Source of the DNA: a virus | Direction: 5' to 3' (one strand) | Length of the DNA: 40,170 nucleotides | Virus record (IMG/VR): IMGVR_UViG_3300009506_000006 | Coordinates: 1-40,170 of that record | Shown here: positions 18,576 to 26,832 of the stretch, one piece after another | How the letters are laid out: each line of letters starts with the position of its first letter | Numbering within the stretch: the first letter of the stretch is position 1 | The notes under the pieces: generated by a model | The model's input: only the letters and a program-made list of their open reading frames with translations | Databases searched by the model: none | What the model was told of the DNA's origin: nothing | Position numbers and translations under genes: made by a program

Positions 18576-19187
18576 CTACTCATCTTCGGGTTCATCACAG
18601 TCTTTTATCATCTGTCCGACTGTCGGCAAGTTGCTCAGATCATACTTGGCACGCAGCTTTACCTGATAATAACCGTTAGATTTTTCCGGCAGTTCCAAAT
18701 TGGCGAACCGTTCGCTTGCGACAAGCGGCTCCTTGTTAAATCCGGTGTACACTTCCAGTGCGTTGGCATCGAAATCTATGACATACGCGAACTCGCACAT
18801 CAGCGAATCCGCTGCAAAATCGAGGCTGTTATCCAGCACGACTTCGTGACCGACAGATCTTGCGACTGACCCGAGGATGTTGGCACCCAGATCACGACTG
18901 ATATAATTGGTAAACCACATCTTCTGTTCATCAGTCCGATTGTCCGGCTCATTCGACCACTTTGGCGCATTCTGGTTATATGCTTCTATAAACTCACGAT
19001 CCACGCCGTCCGGGTCGAGAAACCGCGTGTGCTCCAGGGCTTTTTTCAGACTTGCAACTTTTTCCTTTTTAGACAAGAATTTCAGAATTCTTGCCCCTTG
19101 ACCTTCCGGATATCCATCCCACTGGCCGTACTGCGCTATCTTGTACTCGTTGTTCAGTTGCACGATTGTTAAATTTCTGGTACCCAT
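18576..19187 (-). CDS. Hypothetical phage protein
   Basis: MGTR...YGQWDGYP and EFAYVIDFD motifs, SD AAGGA. Confidence 0.82.
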   Translation of the reverse strand: MGTRNLTIVQLNNEYKIAQYGQWDGYPEGQGARILKFLSKKEKVASLKKALEHTRFLDPDGVDREFIEAYNQNAPKWSNEPDNRTDEQKMWFTNYISRDLGANILGSVARSVGHEVVLDNSLDFAADSLMCEFAYVIDFDANALEVYTGFNKEPLVASERFANLELPEKSNGYYQVKLRAKYDLSNLPTVGQMIKDCDEPEDE

Positions 19188-19219
19188 AATTGTCCTTATA
19201 TTTGCCGCTTTTCGTTGAG

Positions 19220-19426
19220 TTATACAAATACCCGTAGATGAGTCTTAATATCCGGATCCAAGTTCGAGACTTCTATTTGACCCAATTCGGATTCTATACT
19301 ATATCTGCAATGGGGATCATTTGACATATTTGATATGTCTATGATCTTATAAAACTTGCCACGTTGCCAATATACTTCTTTTGTATATGGCCCGATCCAT
19401 GTTTTTGTGCAAAGCATGAGCTTCAT
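19220..19426 (-). CDS. Small protein, paralog family B
   Basis: MLCTK...RGKFY...HLRVFV. Confidence 0.72.
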   Translation of the reverse strand: MKLMLCTKTWIGPYTKEVYWQRGKFYKIIDISNMSNDPHCRYSIESELGQIEVSNLDPDIKTHLRVFV

Positions 19427-19650
19427 ATGAACCTTCGAAAATATTTATGTAATTCCTGCCTTTGCACACCGCATTGCCTTCCGTCTTCAGCAGTCAGCCA
19501 AATCAATGCAATGCCTTCGGTAGTGGCTTTATATAACCTGCCGAATTTAAATAACGGGCCGTCGATATAACGAGCAGAGTTATAGAACCGTTTATGATGC
19601 ATCGGAATGTCTTTCAGGCACAGGTACCTGGCGTTTGATTTTCGTCTCAT
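19423..19650 (-). CDS. Small protein, paralog family B
   Basis: YLCLK...FKFGRLY...YFRRFI. Confidence 0.78.
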   Translation of the reverse strand: MRRKSNARYLCLKDIPMHHKRFYNSARYIDGPLFKFGRLYKATTEGIALIWLTAEDGRQCGVQRQELHKYFRRFI

Positions 19651-19796
19651 GGCTAAGCGGCTCCTTGCCTGCGACCCAATCTAACCAATCCTCATACTCC
19701 TGTCCAAGTTCATCGATTTCAACTGCCTGATAATCACGATTGACACTTTCCATAGCTTGTTCTCCTTTCAACAACTTGCAGGAGAACAACCATGTT

Positions 19797-19994
19797 TTAT
19801 TTTTTGACTGATATTTTTGAGAGCATGCACCAGCTGCGGTAGCTCAACCAGCCATAGTCATTGCCACATGCCCTGCAATAGAATTTATGGGGATAACCCT
19901 GCCTGAATCTTGCCGGCGGTTTGACATGCAGTGCAGGCTGCAGACATTTACACCGATTGCGTTTGATATACATATTTATCTCACAGCGCATCAT
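19797..19994 (-). CDS. Small Cys-rich hypothetical protein
   Basis: CKC...YCRACG. Confidence 0.5.
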   Translation of the reverse strand: MMRCEINMYIKRNRCKCLQPALHVKPPARFRQGYPHKFYCRACGNDYGWLSYRSWCMLSKISVKK

Positions 19995-20226
19995 TGCGGT
20001 TAAATCGCGAACTGTCAGTTTTTGGTAATGTATGTTCAGGCATTGGTTGTGATGGCTCGACTTCTTCGGATGGCAGCAGCAAGTCTAAGCACTGCGCAAA
20101 TCCCGCGACAGCTCGATGCGCTGTTGAGCGCAATTTATAGACCCTGTGGGCTGCTATCATTCCGTAGATCAGAATTCCAATAGACAGGACAATGCCTATA
20201 CAGACTTGTAGCTTTGTGTATTTCAT
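19981..20226 (-). CDS. Small membrane-anchored protein
   Basis: N-terminal hydrophobic helix. Confidence 0.6.
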   Translation of the reverse strand: MKYTKLQVCIGIVLSIGILIYGMIAAHRVYKLRSTAHRAVAGFAQCLDLLLPSEEVEPSQPMPEHTLPKTDSSRFNRNDAL

Positions 20227-20248
20227 GATCTTTTGCCTAGTCGTTTCT

Positions 20249-20608
20249 TTAGTTTTGTTTATTTTCAGGAATCCAACGTGCCTGGTTATTACGTATTTCT
20301 ATTTTGAGATTTTGAGGAGCCATTGCCTCATTGACTTTTTGCTCCAACGTTTTACCCTCTATGATCTCAAGCGCCTTGCTATTTAACCATAATTTGAACC
20401 GATTGCTAGCGACCAGACGTTCAAGTGCTAACCTACGGTTTTGTGTTTGGCTACGCTCGCTGCGCGACTCGCCGACAGCTTTTGATTCTTTATGAATAAT
20501 GCGCACACCGGTTTCAACCTTATTTTGATGCTGCCCACCCGGTCCGCCTGAACGAAATGTTTGAATAACAAAATCTTTTTTAGTTATTGAGAATATATGC
20601 TGTTTCAT
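20249..20608 (-). CDS. Peptide chain release factor-like peptidyl-tRNA hydrolase (RF-1/GGQ domain; ArfB/PrfH-like)
   Basis: FRSGGPGGQHQNKVETGVRIIH and RSQTQNRRLA motifs. Confidence 0.9.
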   Translation of the reverse strand: MKQHIFSITKKDFVIQTFRSGGPGGQHQNKVETGVRIIHKESKAVGESRSERSQTQNRRLALERLVASNRFKLWLNSKALEIIEGKTLEQKVNEAMAPQNLKIEIRNNQARWIPENKQN

Positions 20609-20778
20609 GTTTACTCTTAGTAAGATTTTTTTTGACAGTCTGTCAAGCAGAATTCGCGAATGAATAGAATTTATATTGTTTTATCAATTTACTTGTGGTA
20701 AGCTTGCGACTGTCTTTTATAACACAAAACGGGATTTGGTGTTGTAACCCCAAACCCCGCTTTTACGGAGTGATACAT

Positions 20779-20958
20779 ATGGCTTCTAAAAAGAAATGGA
20801 TCCCACGCAATCTCAAGCGCGGAGCCTTGACTGCCATGGCCAAGCGTTCCGGCATGAGTATCTCTGCTTACTGCGCCAAGGGCAATTTATCCACACTGGC
20901 CAAGCGCCGCTGAAATCTTGCCAAGACTTTCCGCAGGATGCGGAAGAAACGCAGTTAG
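20779..20958 (+). CDS. Small basic protein with in-frame TGA at codon 45 (candidate selenoprotein or readthrough)
   Basis: SD GGAG; MASKKKWIPRNLKRGALTAMAKRSGMSISAYCAKGNLSTLAKRR[TGA]NLAKTFRRMRKKRS[TAG]; hairpin 20929-20945. Confidence 0.65.
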
Positions 20959-21302
20959 TATCGCTTAAATTTAATACCCTTTATTCTTAAAAGCGTTCTA
21001 TACGCTAAAGACAAGCTCTTGCTGCATTCAAATTTTGTTCTTCGTTCATAGGTAAAATAATCTGGACAGCCAGCGTCATCTAAGGCTTTTGGACACGCAT
21101 TACTTTCATAGTGATGTGATGCTTGGTCACAGCCACAGTGCCGACAAATATCTATCAGACTGTTGTCTTGTATGTGTTGCAATTCATCGGACCATAACTC
21201 AAGATAGTGCTTACTCATCAATATTGGATGGATTGCTAATTTCTTACGATGATTGTCCAATCTTCGTGGCATACCTTCAGGTACCTTAGTCGCACCAGGC
21301 AC
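20955..21302 (-). CDS. Zn-binding protein, paralog family C (start uncertain)
   Basis: CRHCGC...H...CP...AYRTLLRIKG. Confidence 0.7.
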   Translation of the reverse strand: MPGATKVPEGMPRRLDNHRKKLAIHPILMSKHYLELWSDELQHIQDNSLIDICRHCGCDQASHHYESNACPKALDDAGCPDYFTYERRTKFECSKSLSLAYRTLLRIKGIKFKRY

Positions 21303-21335
21303 AGCACGCAGACATCATTGCGAAGCTGTGTAATC

Positions 21336-21542
21336 TCAGTGTCGGTTTCCGCGGTTTGAATTAGAACATGCGTATCGCATATCCTGCAAGGATTGATTGG
21401 CGGCGTCATGTCTGGCCAGTATCTCCATAGCGTGTTTGAATTCATCCATGTCCGGCGTAACCAGCTGTTCGATAATAATCAGCCGGCATAAAGCGTAGAG
21501 CGCGTTGCGCAGCTCTGCGCAGGATTTGCATCTGTTAGCCAT
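21336..21542 (-). CDS. Hypothetical protein
   Basis: 68 aa, start overlaps upstream stop. Confidence 0.5.
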   Translation of the reverse strand: MANRCKSCAELRNALYALCRLIIIEQLVTPDMDEFKHAMEILARHDAANQSLQDMRYACSNSNRGNRH

Positions 21543-21858
21543 TTTTGATTCTTTGTACCCCTTGCAGACGCAGGTACACCCGGTATGCCGTTGTCAGGTC
21601 TTCATCCAGCTTGAAATGGGTCCTGCGCCAGCATTTCGGATCTTTATCGCTCATTGGCAGACATCCGTCTTTATCTAGATCTTTAGGACACCGGTTAGCC
21701 CCGCATCCTATATTGTGCGCGTACTTGTCCATGCCGCAATTTTTGCAGATAGCCGTATAATCTTCAAACTCAAAATCATTTTTCTTGGCTATGGATGTGT
21801 TTAAAAACGTTTTCGTTATATAAAACAGATTTGTTAACGCTGGATGTATTTTCTTCAT
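21535..21858 (-). CDS. Zn-binding protein, paralog family C
   Basis: CKNCGM...H...CP...AYRVYLRLQG; start MKKIHP at ATGA overlap. Confidence 0.75.
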   Translation of the reverse strand: MKKIHPALTNLFYITKTFLNTSIAKKNDFEFEDYTAICKNCGMDKYAHNIGCGANRCPKDLDKDGCLPMSDKDPKCWRRTHFKLDEDLTTAYRVYLRLQGVQRIKNG

Positions 21859-21996
21859 GGCGTTACTTGCATGTAGCTTACGGCTATGACAACACCGGCC
21901 ACAAATCCAATGAACATCGCTATGCACGCCACAGCGATCGTCCAATTTAGCCAGTTATTGTAGCGGCGTGACGTGACGTGTTTCTCGAGCCAGCCT

Positions 21997-22338
21997 TCAA
22001 CGATCCCGTGGGTTATCAGGGATTTCCACTGCTGCTTGCCTAGTTTGCCATTCAAATTGAATCCCTTTCATGCGAAGATAAGACCGGTATGCCGTGGTCA
22101 TTGCGTCGCTGCGTTTGTACAATTTCAACTTGTCTGGTTCCTCCGGTATCTCCATCATTGGTGCACCGAATTCATTCAGACTTGTTGGACAAGTTTCTGA
22201 ATTATCTCCGATTCCATGCGCTGCTCGATCACAGCCACACCGACCGCAGACTTCAGACCACTCCGGATCTTCCTCTAGACCACGGCGCAGTGCACCCAGG
22301 CATTGCGCCGTGAACAGCCTTTTGTTTATTCCCGCCAT
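21997..22338 (-). CDS. Zn-binding protein, paralog family C
   Basis: CGRCGC...H...CP...AYRSYLRMKG. Confidence 0.78.
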   Translation of the reverse strand: MAGINKRLFTAQCLGALRRGLEEDPEWSEVCGRCGCDRAAHGIGDNSETCPTSLNEFGAPMMEIPEEPDKLKLYKRSDAMTTAYRSYLRMKGIQFEWQTRQAAVEIPDNPRDR

Positions 22339-22342
22339 GATT

Positions 22343-22750
22343 TTACTGCTTTTGCTGCAGCTGCTGCACCAGCTTTGTCCGTTCGTTGATTTTGAGATTC
22401 AGTTGCTGTTCGTAGCCGTCCATTCGATCGTACCACTGAGTAAACGGTGCGATCGGGTATACATTCTTGCGGATGTCTGCTTGTATACCGCCGATAGCAT
22501 AGCGTAGCATTTCAATCTCGGTGTTCAACTCTATGATCTTTTGCTGTAGCGCTTGGACATCTACAGCCGGCGGTACCGGTTTAGCCGGAGGCTTTGGGGC
22601 AGGAGCTTGCTGCTCGACAGCCGTCATGGGAACCACCGGGCTTTCTTGGGCTTGGACAGGACCGCCGTCTTGGAGCGCTTGGGCTGGTTGGCAGATTGCA
22701 ATGACAAATCCACAGAGAAACAAACACAGTACAATTTTTGCAAATTTCAT
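22343..22750 (-). CDS. Exported coiled-coil protein
   Basis: Signal peptide ending AQA, Pro-rich linker, Q-rich coiled coil. Confidence 0.75.
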   Translation of the reverse strand: MKFAKIVLCLFLCGFVIAICQPAQALQDGGPVQAQESPVVPMTAVEQQAPAPKPPAKPVPPAVDVQALQQKIIELNTEIEMLRYAIGGIQADIRKNVYPIAPFTQWYDRMDGYEQQLNLKINERTKLVQQLQQKQ

Positions 22751-23196
22751 GGTTTTACTTCTCCTTCTGTTGGGAATATTTGTTTAAGTTGTGACAAGAC
22801 TTTTTTAATAATTTCGATATTTTTTTCTTGTTGTTCAATTTTGTCGGCTTCCGCGATCAGTTCTTTAGCACGCATACGCTTTGTTTCGGCCGGGGTTGGC
22901 TGATCGCAAAAATGAATGCTTGGAATGAGTGTGGTGGATTCTTTTGAGATTGTGGTTGTCATGCATGGATTTGGGGGCTTCTGGTTTGGATTGCCGAGCA
23001 TTTCAACCGCCATTTCCAGAGCCTTGATAATGTCGGATACATTCAGCACGATCGCAATTGGTGCGGTTTCGATATATGCTTCTGTAATATCTTCACACGG
23101 AAATGTATCGACTCCGTTAGAACACAGCTGCTGTGAGGCCACAGCACTGAATGGATAGAGACATAACCCCAAAATCATTACAACAACAAATCTCAT
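22747..23196 (-). CDS. Exported hypothetical protein
   Basis: Signal peptide ending AVA, SD AAGGA. Confidence 0.72.
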   Translation of the reverse strand: MRFVVVMILGLCLYPFSAVASQQLCSNGVDTFPCEDITEAYIETAPIAIVLNVSDIIKALEMAVEMLGNPNQKPPNPCMTTTISKESTTLIPSIHFCDQPTPAETKRMRAKELIAEADKIEQQEKNIEIIKKVLSQLKQIFPTEGEVKP

Positions 23197-23216
23197 TTTG
23201 TTTTTCCTTTTTGCAA

Positions 23217-23501
23217 TCAGAACAACTGCTTCTGTTTTTTTTCGATCACATAGTGCAGCTTGCTTTTGACCGGCGCCAGCAACGGTTCAGGCTTTCTCGG
23301 TTTGGGCTCCTGGTTAAATTCAATGCCGGCATCCACACCCAGGTTGCCCTCAACTTCCGCTAGCTTGACCGTGAATTTCAACTCGAGAGCTCCATCATGA
23401 CGCTCAAAGCTCTTGGCGATGTCTTCAGCATAATCTTCGATGTGGCCATTGATCAGGTCTACGACTTGGCCGAGGTCGGATGGCTCGATGGTAATTGACA
23501 T
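23217..23501 (-). CDS. Hypothetical protein
   Basis: Start reassigned to MSITIEP (SD GGAG). Confidence 0.65.
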   Translation of the reverse strand: MSITIEPSDLGQVVDLINGHIEDYAEDIAKSFERHDGALELKFTVKLAEVEGNLGVDAGIEFNQEPKPRKPEPLLAPVKSKLHYVIEKKQKQLF

Positions 23502-23690
23502 GTCTTGTTCTCCATGATGGCATAATATGGTTCGTAGAGCGGACAACGCTGCGATGGACCCTTCGCATGCATGAGCGTCCATTTGAGCGCAATGTTGCTG
23601 TGATTTGGCGGCCATGCATAAAAACTCGCTGCAATTGATTCCACAGCCGGGCACTCGTCATTGAAACACTTAGCACAGTTACGACACTCG

Positions 23691-23894
23691 TCAGACAATA
23701 GTTATGTCCTCCTTTTTATGTTTGAAGACAACACCTTGGCTCCATGACTCGATTCCCATTTGCTCCAGTATGGCATCGATTAATTGCAAGATTTGTTTGT
23801 TTTCTTCCCGCTCTATTGATAGCCAAACGGTGATAATGACGTTCCACACGCCAAGCACGATCAACGCAAATAATATCCATTCTGTTGCCGTCAT
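23691..23894 (-). CDS. Small membrane protein
   Basis: One N-terminal TM helix; ATGA-coupled. Confidence 0.65.
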   Translation of the reverse strand: MTATEWILFALIVLGVWNVIITVWLSIEREENKQILQLIDAILEQMGIESWSQGVVFKHKKEDITIV

Positions 23895-24235
23895 TCTAGA
23901 CTTCCTTTCAGTCGAATATATCTGACAGGTATGTTGTGCCGAATAGCTGTCTGGATTTCAATGTTAACACCGAACGACTGTGTCCAACCAGGCAAGCACA
24001 GCACAATCAGAACATCGCATTTGGTTAGCCAGTACAGATCCTGCTTGAGCCAGAAGTTGTGAGACAGATGGTTGCCTATGTGATCCGCAATCGGTACGGA
24101 GTGCGACAACGGACTGAAGACAATCAAGCCGCGGCGCATGAGATAGCCGGCGACTTTGTTGGCCATGGCGACACGATAAACCATGGTGTCTGGGCTGGAT
24201 GAACTGTAAGGGCACGCTAAGTAAACGGATTTCAT
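23891..24235 (-). CDS. DUF1937 / nucleoside deoxyribosyltransferase-like protein
   Basis: VYLACPYS, FSPLSHS, CDVLIVL...GW..S.GV..E motifs. Confidence 0.82.
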   Translation of the reverse strand: MKSVYLACPYSSSSPDTMVYRVAMANKVAGYLMRRGLIVFSPLSHSVPIADHIGNHLSHNFWLKQDLYWLTKCDVLIVLCLPGWTQSFGVNIEIQTAIRHNIPVRYIRLKGSLE

Positions 24236-24248
24236 ATTACTGCAATAG

Positions 24249-24533
24249 CTATCCCATGGCGAAATTGATAGTATACTTCAATGATTCGGGTTTGCTAATA
24301 GGTTGGTAACTGTCACCAATCCATCGATACCACCATTCATTAGAGACATGCGCATATAAGCCTGGAACAATTTCTTCGATTACGCAAAATGGATAATAGC
24401 CGCATTCGTAAATGTTGCTGCCATTAGATGTAATAATTGCGTCAGCTTGGTTTAGACTTGTGAAATATCCGACACATCGCGTACCGTGATCGCAGGTGTG
24501 TATCTGATGAATTGTAGTAACAGTATAAATCAT
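24249..24533 (-). CDS. Hypothetical phage protein
   Basis: MIYTVTT...RCVGYF...YPFCVIEE; ATGA overlap. Confidence 0.7.
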   Translation of the reverse strand: MIYTVTTIHQIHTCDHGTRCVGYFTSLNQADAIITSNGSNIYECGYYPFCVIEEIVPGLYAHVSNEWWYRWIGDSYQPISKPESLKYTINFAMG

Positions 24534-24862
24534 TGCAAATCCATACCTTTGCGAATTTTGTCGATCTTGTTTACCGGCTGGATTGGAAACCACAGCTCAT
24601 TTTCACAGTCCACCTCAATGCCGTGAAATGACAAATCCTGCAGTTCACTGAAACTGATATAGCCCCACTCGGCGTTCTGGTAATCATTGTTGAGGATGGC
24701 GTATCCGAAGAACATGTCTTCGCCGTCGTATTCACAGATATACCAGTCAGACCCTCCGATAAAAAAATGTAGATAGATTAGTTTGTCTTTCGGGTGGATG
24801 TGCTCGGTTTTGTAAAGACCCGGGATTTTTGACAGCCGATCGCGGGTTGGAGTGTTCCACAT
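24530..24862 (-). CDS. DUF2958-like protein
   Basis: HFF...WYICEYD...FFG...EWGYISFSEL. Confidence 0.8.
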   Translation of the reverse strand: MWNTPTRDRLSKIPGLYKTEHIHPKDKLIYLHFFIGGSDWYICEYDGEDMFFGYAILNNDYQNAEWGYISFSELQDLSFHGIEVDCENELWFPIQPVNKIDKIRKGMDLQ

Positions 24863-24888
24863 AACGGACCCTTTCTTTGTTCGAAATT

Positions 24889-24917
24889 ATCTTACTTTCG
24901 GTGAATTGACTTGTCAA
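24889..24917 (-). promoter_or_regulatory. Sigma70-type promoter at the head of the accessory operon
   Basis: TTGACA (24917-24912), 17 bp, TAAGAT (24894-24889). Confidence 0.75.
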
Positions 24918-25147
24918 TACATGTTTTAATAAATTCACTTGAAAACAATAGATTTTGTTTTTAGAGGTTTATTATGAGACGATTGGCTGCCATCTTGATG
25001 CCAGGCTTAACTGGATATGCCGGAACTCAATTTATAGAGGTATATACTTTAAGTACTTGGAATGATTAGATAAGTATCAAAAGCCTAAAAATTTCAAAAT
25101 TTTCTAGACATGTCTAAATGACAAGTCTTAAATATATTTAGCCTACA

Positions 25148-25409
25148 TACAGGCACCTGCGTATTTCCGGGCGGGCGGGACCTTGCCTCGTCCCGGACTT
25201 GGCATGTGATCATGGCAGTACCTACAGGCACCTGCGTATTTCCGGGCGGGCGGGACCTTGCCTCGTCCCGGGCTTGGCATGTGATCATGGCAGTACCTAC
25301 AGGCACCTGCGTATTTCCGGGCGGGCGGGACCTTGCCTCGTCCCGGACTTGGCATGTGACCATGGCAGTACCTACAGGCACCTGCGTATTTCCGGGCGGG
25401 CAGGACCTT
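25148..25409. repeat. 75-bp tandem repeat, ~3.5 copies
   Basis: Units begin tacaggcacctgcgtatttccggg at 25148, 25223, 25298, 25373; only isolated substitutions. Confidence 0.95.
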
Positions 25410-25798
25410 TTTCCAGACGGACAGGACCCGCGGCTGAGCTTCCAGGGCGAGCGAAGCGAGCCCCAGGCCGCAGCCATCTTGAGTGGCAACAGGCCTCCGC
25501 ATGTTGGCTGAGTGCGTACGGCAGTTGACGACGTTCTATAGATTAGGCTGTTCAGAGCGGGCCATTGGGTGGGGGGGGGATAGGGGCAGCCGAAGCTTTC
25601 GAGAACCATGGCAGGTCAGGGGGAAGGGGGCGGGTTTTGAGGCGCTAATAAAGCCTGACAAATTTGTTTAGACAGATTGGTAACGATTATTTATGTCAAA
25701 GTCGAGCGCCTCAAAAGGGGCCTCTCTTCCCCCTTCCCCCTACCACGGCATTATTATTTATTGTTTGTCATTATAACCAAGGTGGTATGCCCAGACAT

Positions 25799-25835
25799 AA
25801 AAAAAGCCGAGACCCTGTGTAGGGATCCCGGCTTT
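25799..25835 (-). terminator. Rho-independent terminator
   Basis: aaagccg-agaccct...aggg-atcccggcttt hairpin with A run (T tract on -). Confidence 0.7.
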
Positions 25836-25887
25836 GTGTTATACACCGGCCGCCATCCATCCCGCCCTGGCCGGTGAGGTTCTATAA

Positions 25888-26649
25888 CTATAATTTGCGT
25901 ATCTTATACGTTACGGGAGCAGCAGCGTACTTCCGTACTTGCTCCAGTGACAACTCCACTCCCCGAAGTTCCTTGGGCAATTCGGGCAGCGGGACTTCCG
26001 TGAAGCTCTCGCACAGACAGGAAAGCGAATGCGGCAGGACACCGCACACGCGCTTACCTGTGACGTCGATACCGCTGGCGTGCTCGATAACCTGCGTAGT
26101 TTCATTGGCGAGCCCGGTTTCCCGAAGGTATTCAACTAGCCCGGGATGCCGGGTAACGACCAATTCGACTGCAGGCCGTTGACTGGTTATGGCGGCTTTG
26201 GCAGCTGCCTGGGCCTTTACTATCACCCGGGCTGCTTCCGCCTCGGAAAGCAACTGCTTTAGCATCGAGAGTGAGGTTTCGGTTTCGATGCTGAAAGACG
26301 ATTGATTTCCGAAGAACGTTCCGAAAGCCAGATACCGCGGCGAGCCATTGATCAGGTAGACCGGGCGCTTACCGTTGGTACCCCGCCAAAGTGTGTAAGT
26401 AGGACTGTCCGGGTTAGTGCCCTCTGGATACTGAGTTAACGTCCGACCATGGAGAGCAGCCACATCGACGAGCGCCCTGACTGGGGCGTTGTGGTTGATC
26501 TGGCGATTGGCGAGCGCCTTGATGCAGGCCTCGCCGATAACTGTGAAAAAGGCGTCCGAAGCGTCCTGCGCTCCGGGGTCTTTGTAGTTAATTCCGATAT
26601 TATGCAGGACACCGGACGCTGCGGATGCAGTCGGAAGGTACAGCTTCAT
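25888..26649 (-). CDS. Two-domain protein with C-terminal Csx16-like domain
   Basis: VVTRHPG...IEH...GVLP..L...LPKELRGVELSLEQ matches the Csx16 (VVA1548) motif pattern; SD AAGGAG. Confidence 0.75.
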   Translation of the reverse strand: MKLYLPTASAASGVLHNIGINYKDPGAQDASDAFFTVIGEACIKALANRQINHNAPVRALVDVAALHGRTLTQYPEGTNPDSPTYTLWRGTNGKRPVYLINGSPRYLAFGTFFGNQSSFSIETETSLSMLKQLLSEAEAARVIVKAQAAAKAAITSQRPAVELVVTRHPGLVEYLRETGLANETTQVIEHASGIDVTGKRVCGVLPHSLSCLCESFTEVPLPELPKELRGVELSLEQVRKYAAAPVTYKIRKL

Positions 26650-26832
26650 TTCTAGTCTCCTTTCTGCGGAGTTTTAGAACCTTTCTGTCCGCGAGGGTTC
26701 CGTCCTGCTCGCGCCCCGGAGCTGCCCCGGAGTATTGCGGCCCAGTTTCTCCGTCGACTTGGGCTTGGTCGCGGAATTTCACAGACAAAACAAGAGCCCG
26801 CTCTATTTTACTAGAGCGAGCCCTTGGCTGAT

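Noticed and set aside
22343-23196. Spanin/lysis cassette
   Set aside because: No endolysin or holin nearby and no convincing lipobox; kept as exported hypotheticals
7410-24862. Genome-wide TGA reassignment
   Set aside because: Many genes end in TGA with ATGA coupling to the next start, so TGA is a normal stop; any recoding at 20911 must be site-specific
25148-25409. CRISPR array or protein-coding repeat
   Set aside because: Units are contiguous with no unique spacers; the four overlapping ORFs arise from a stop-free 75-bp unit and lack good start signals
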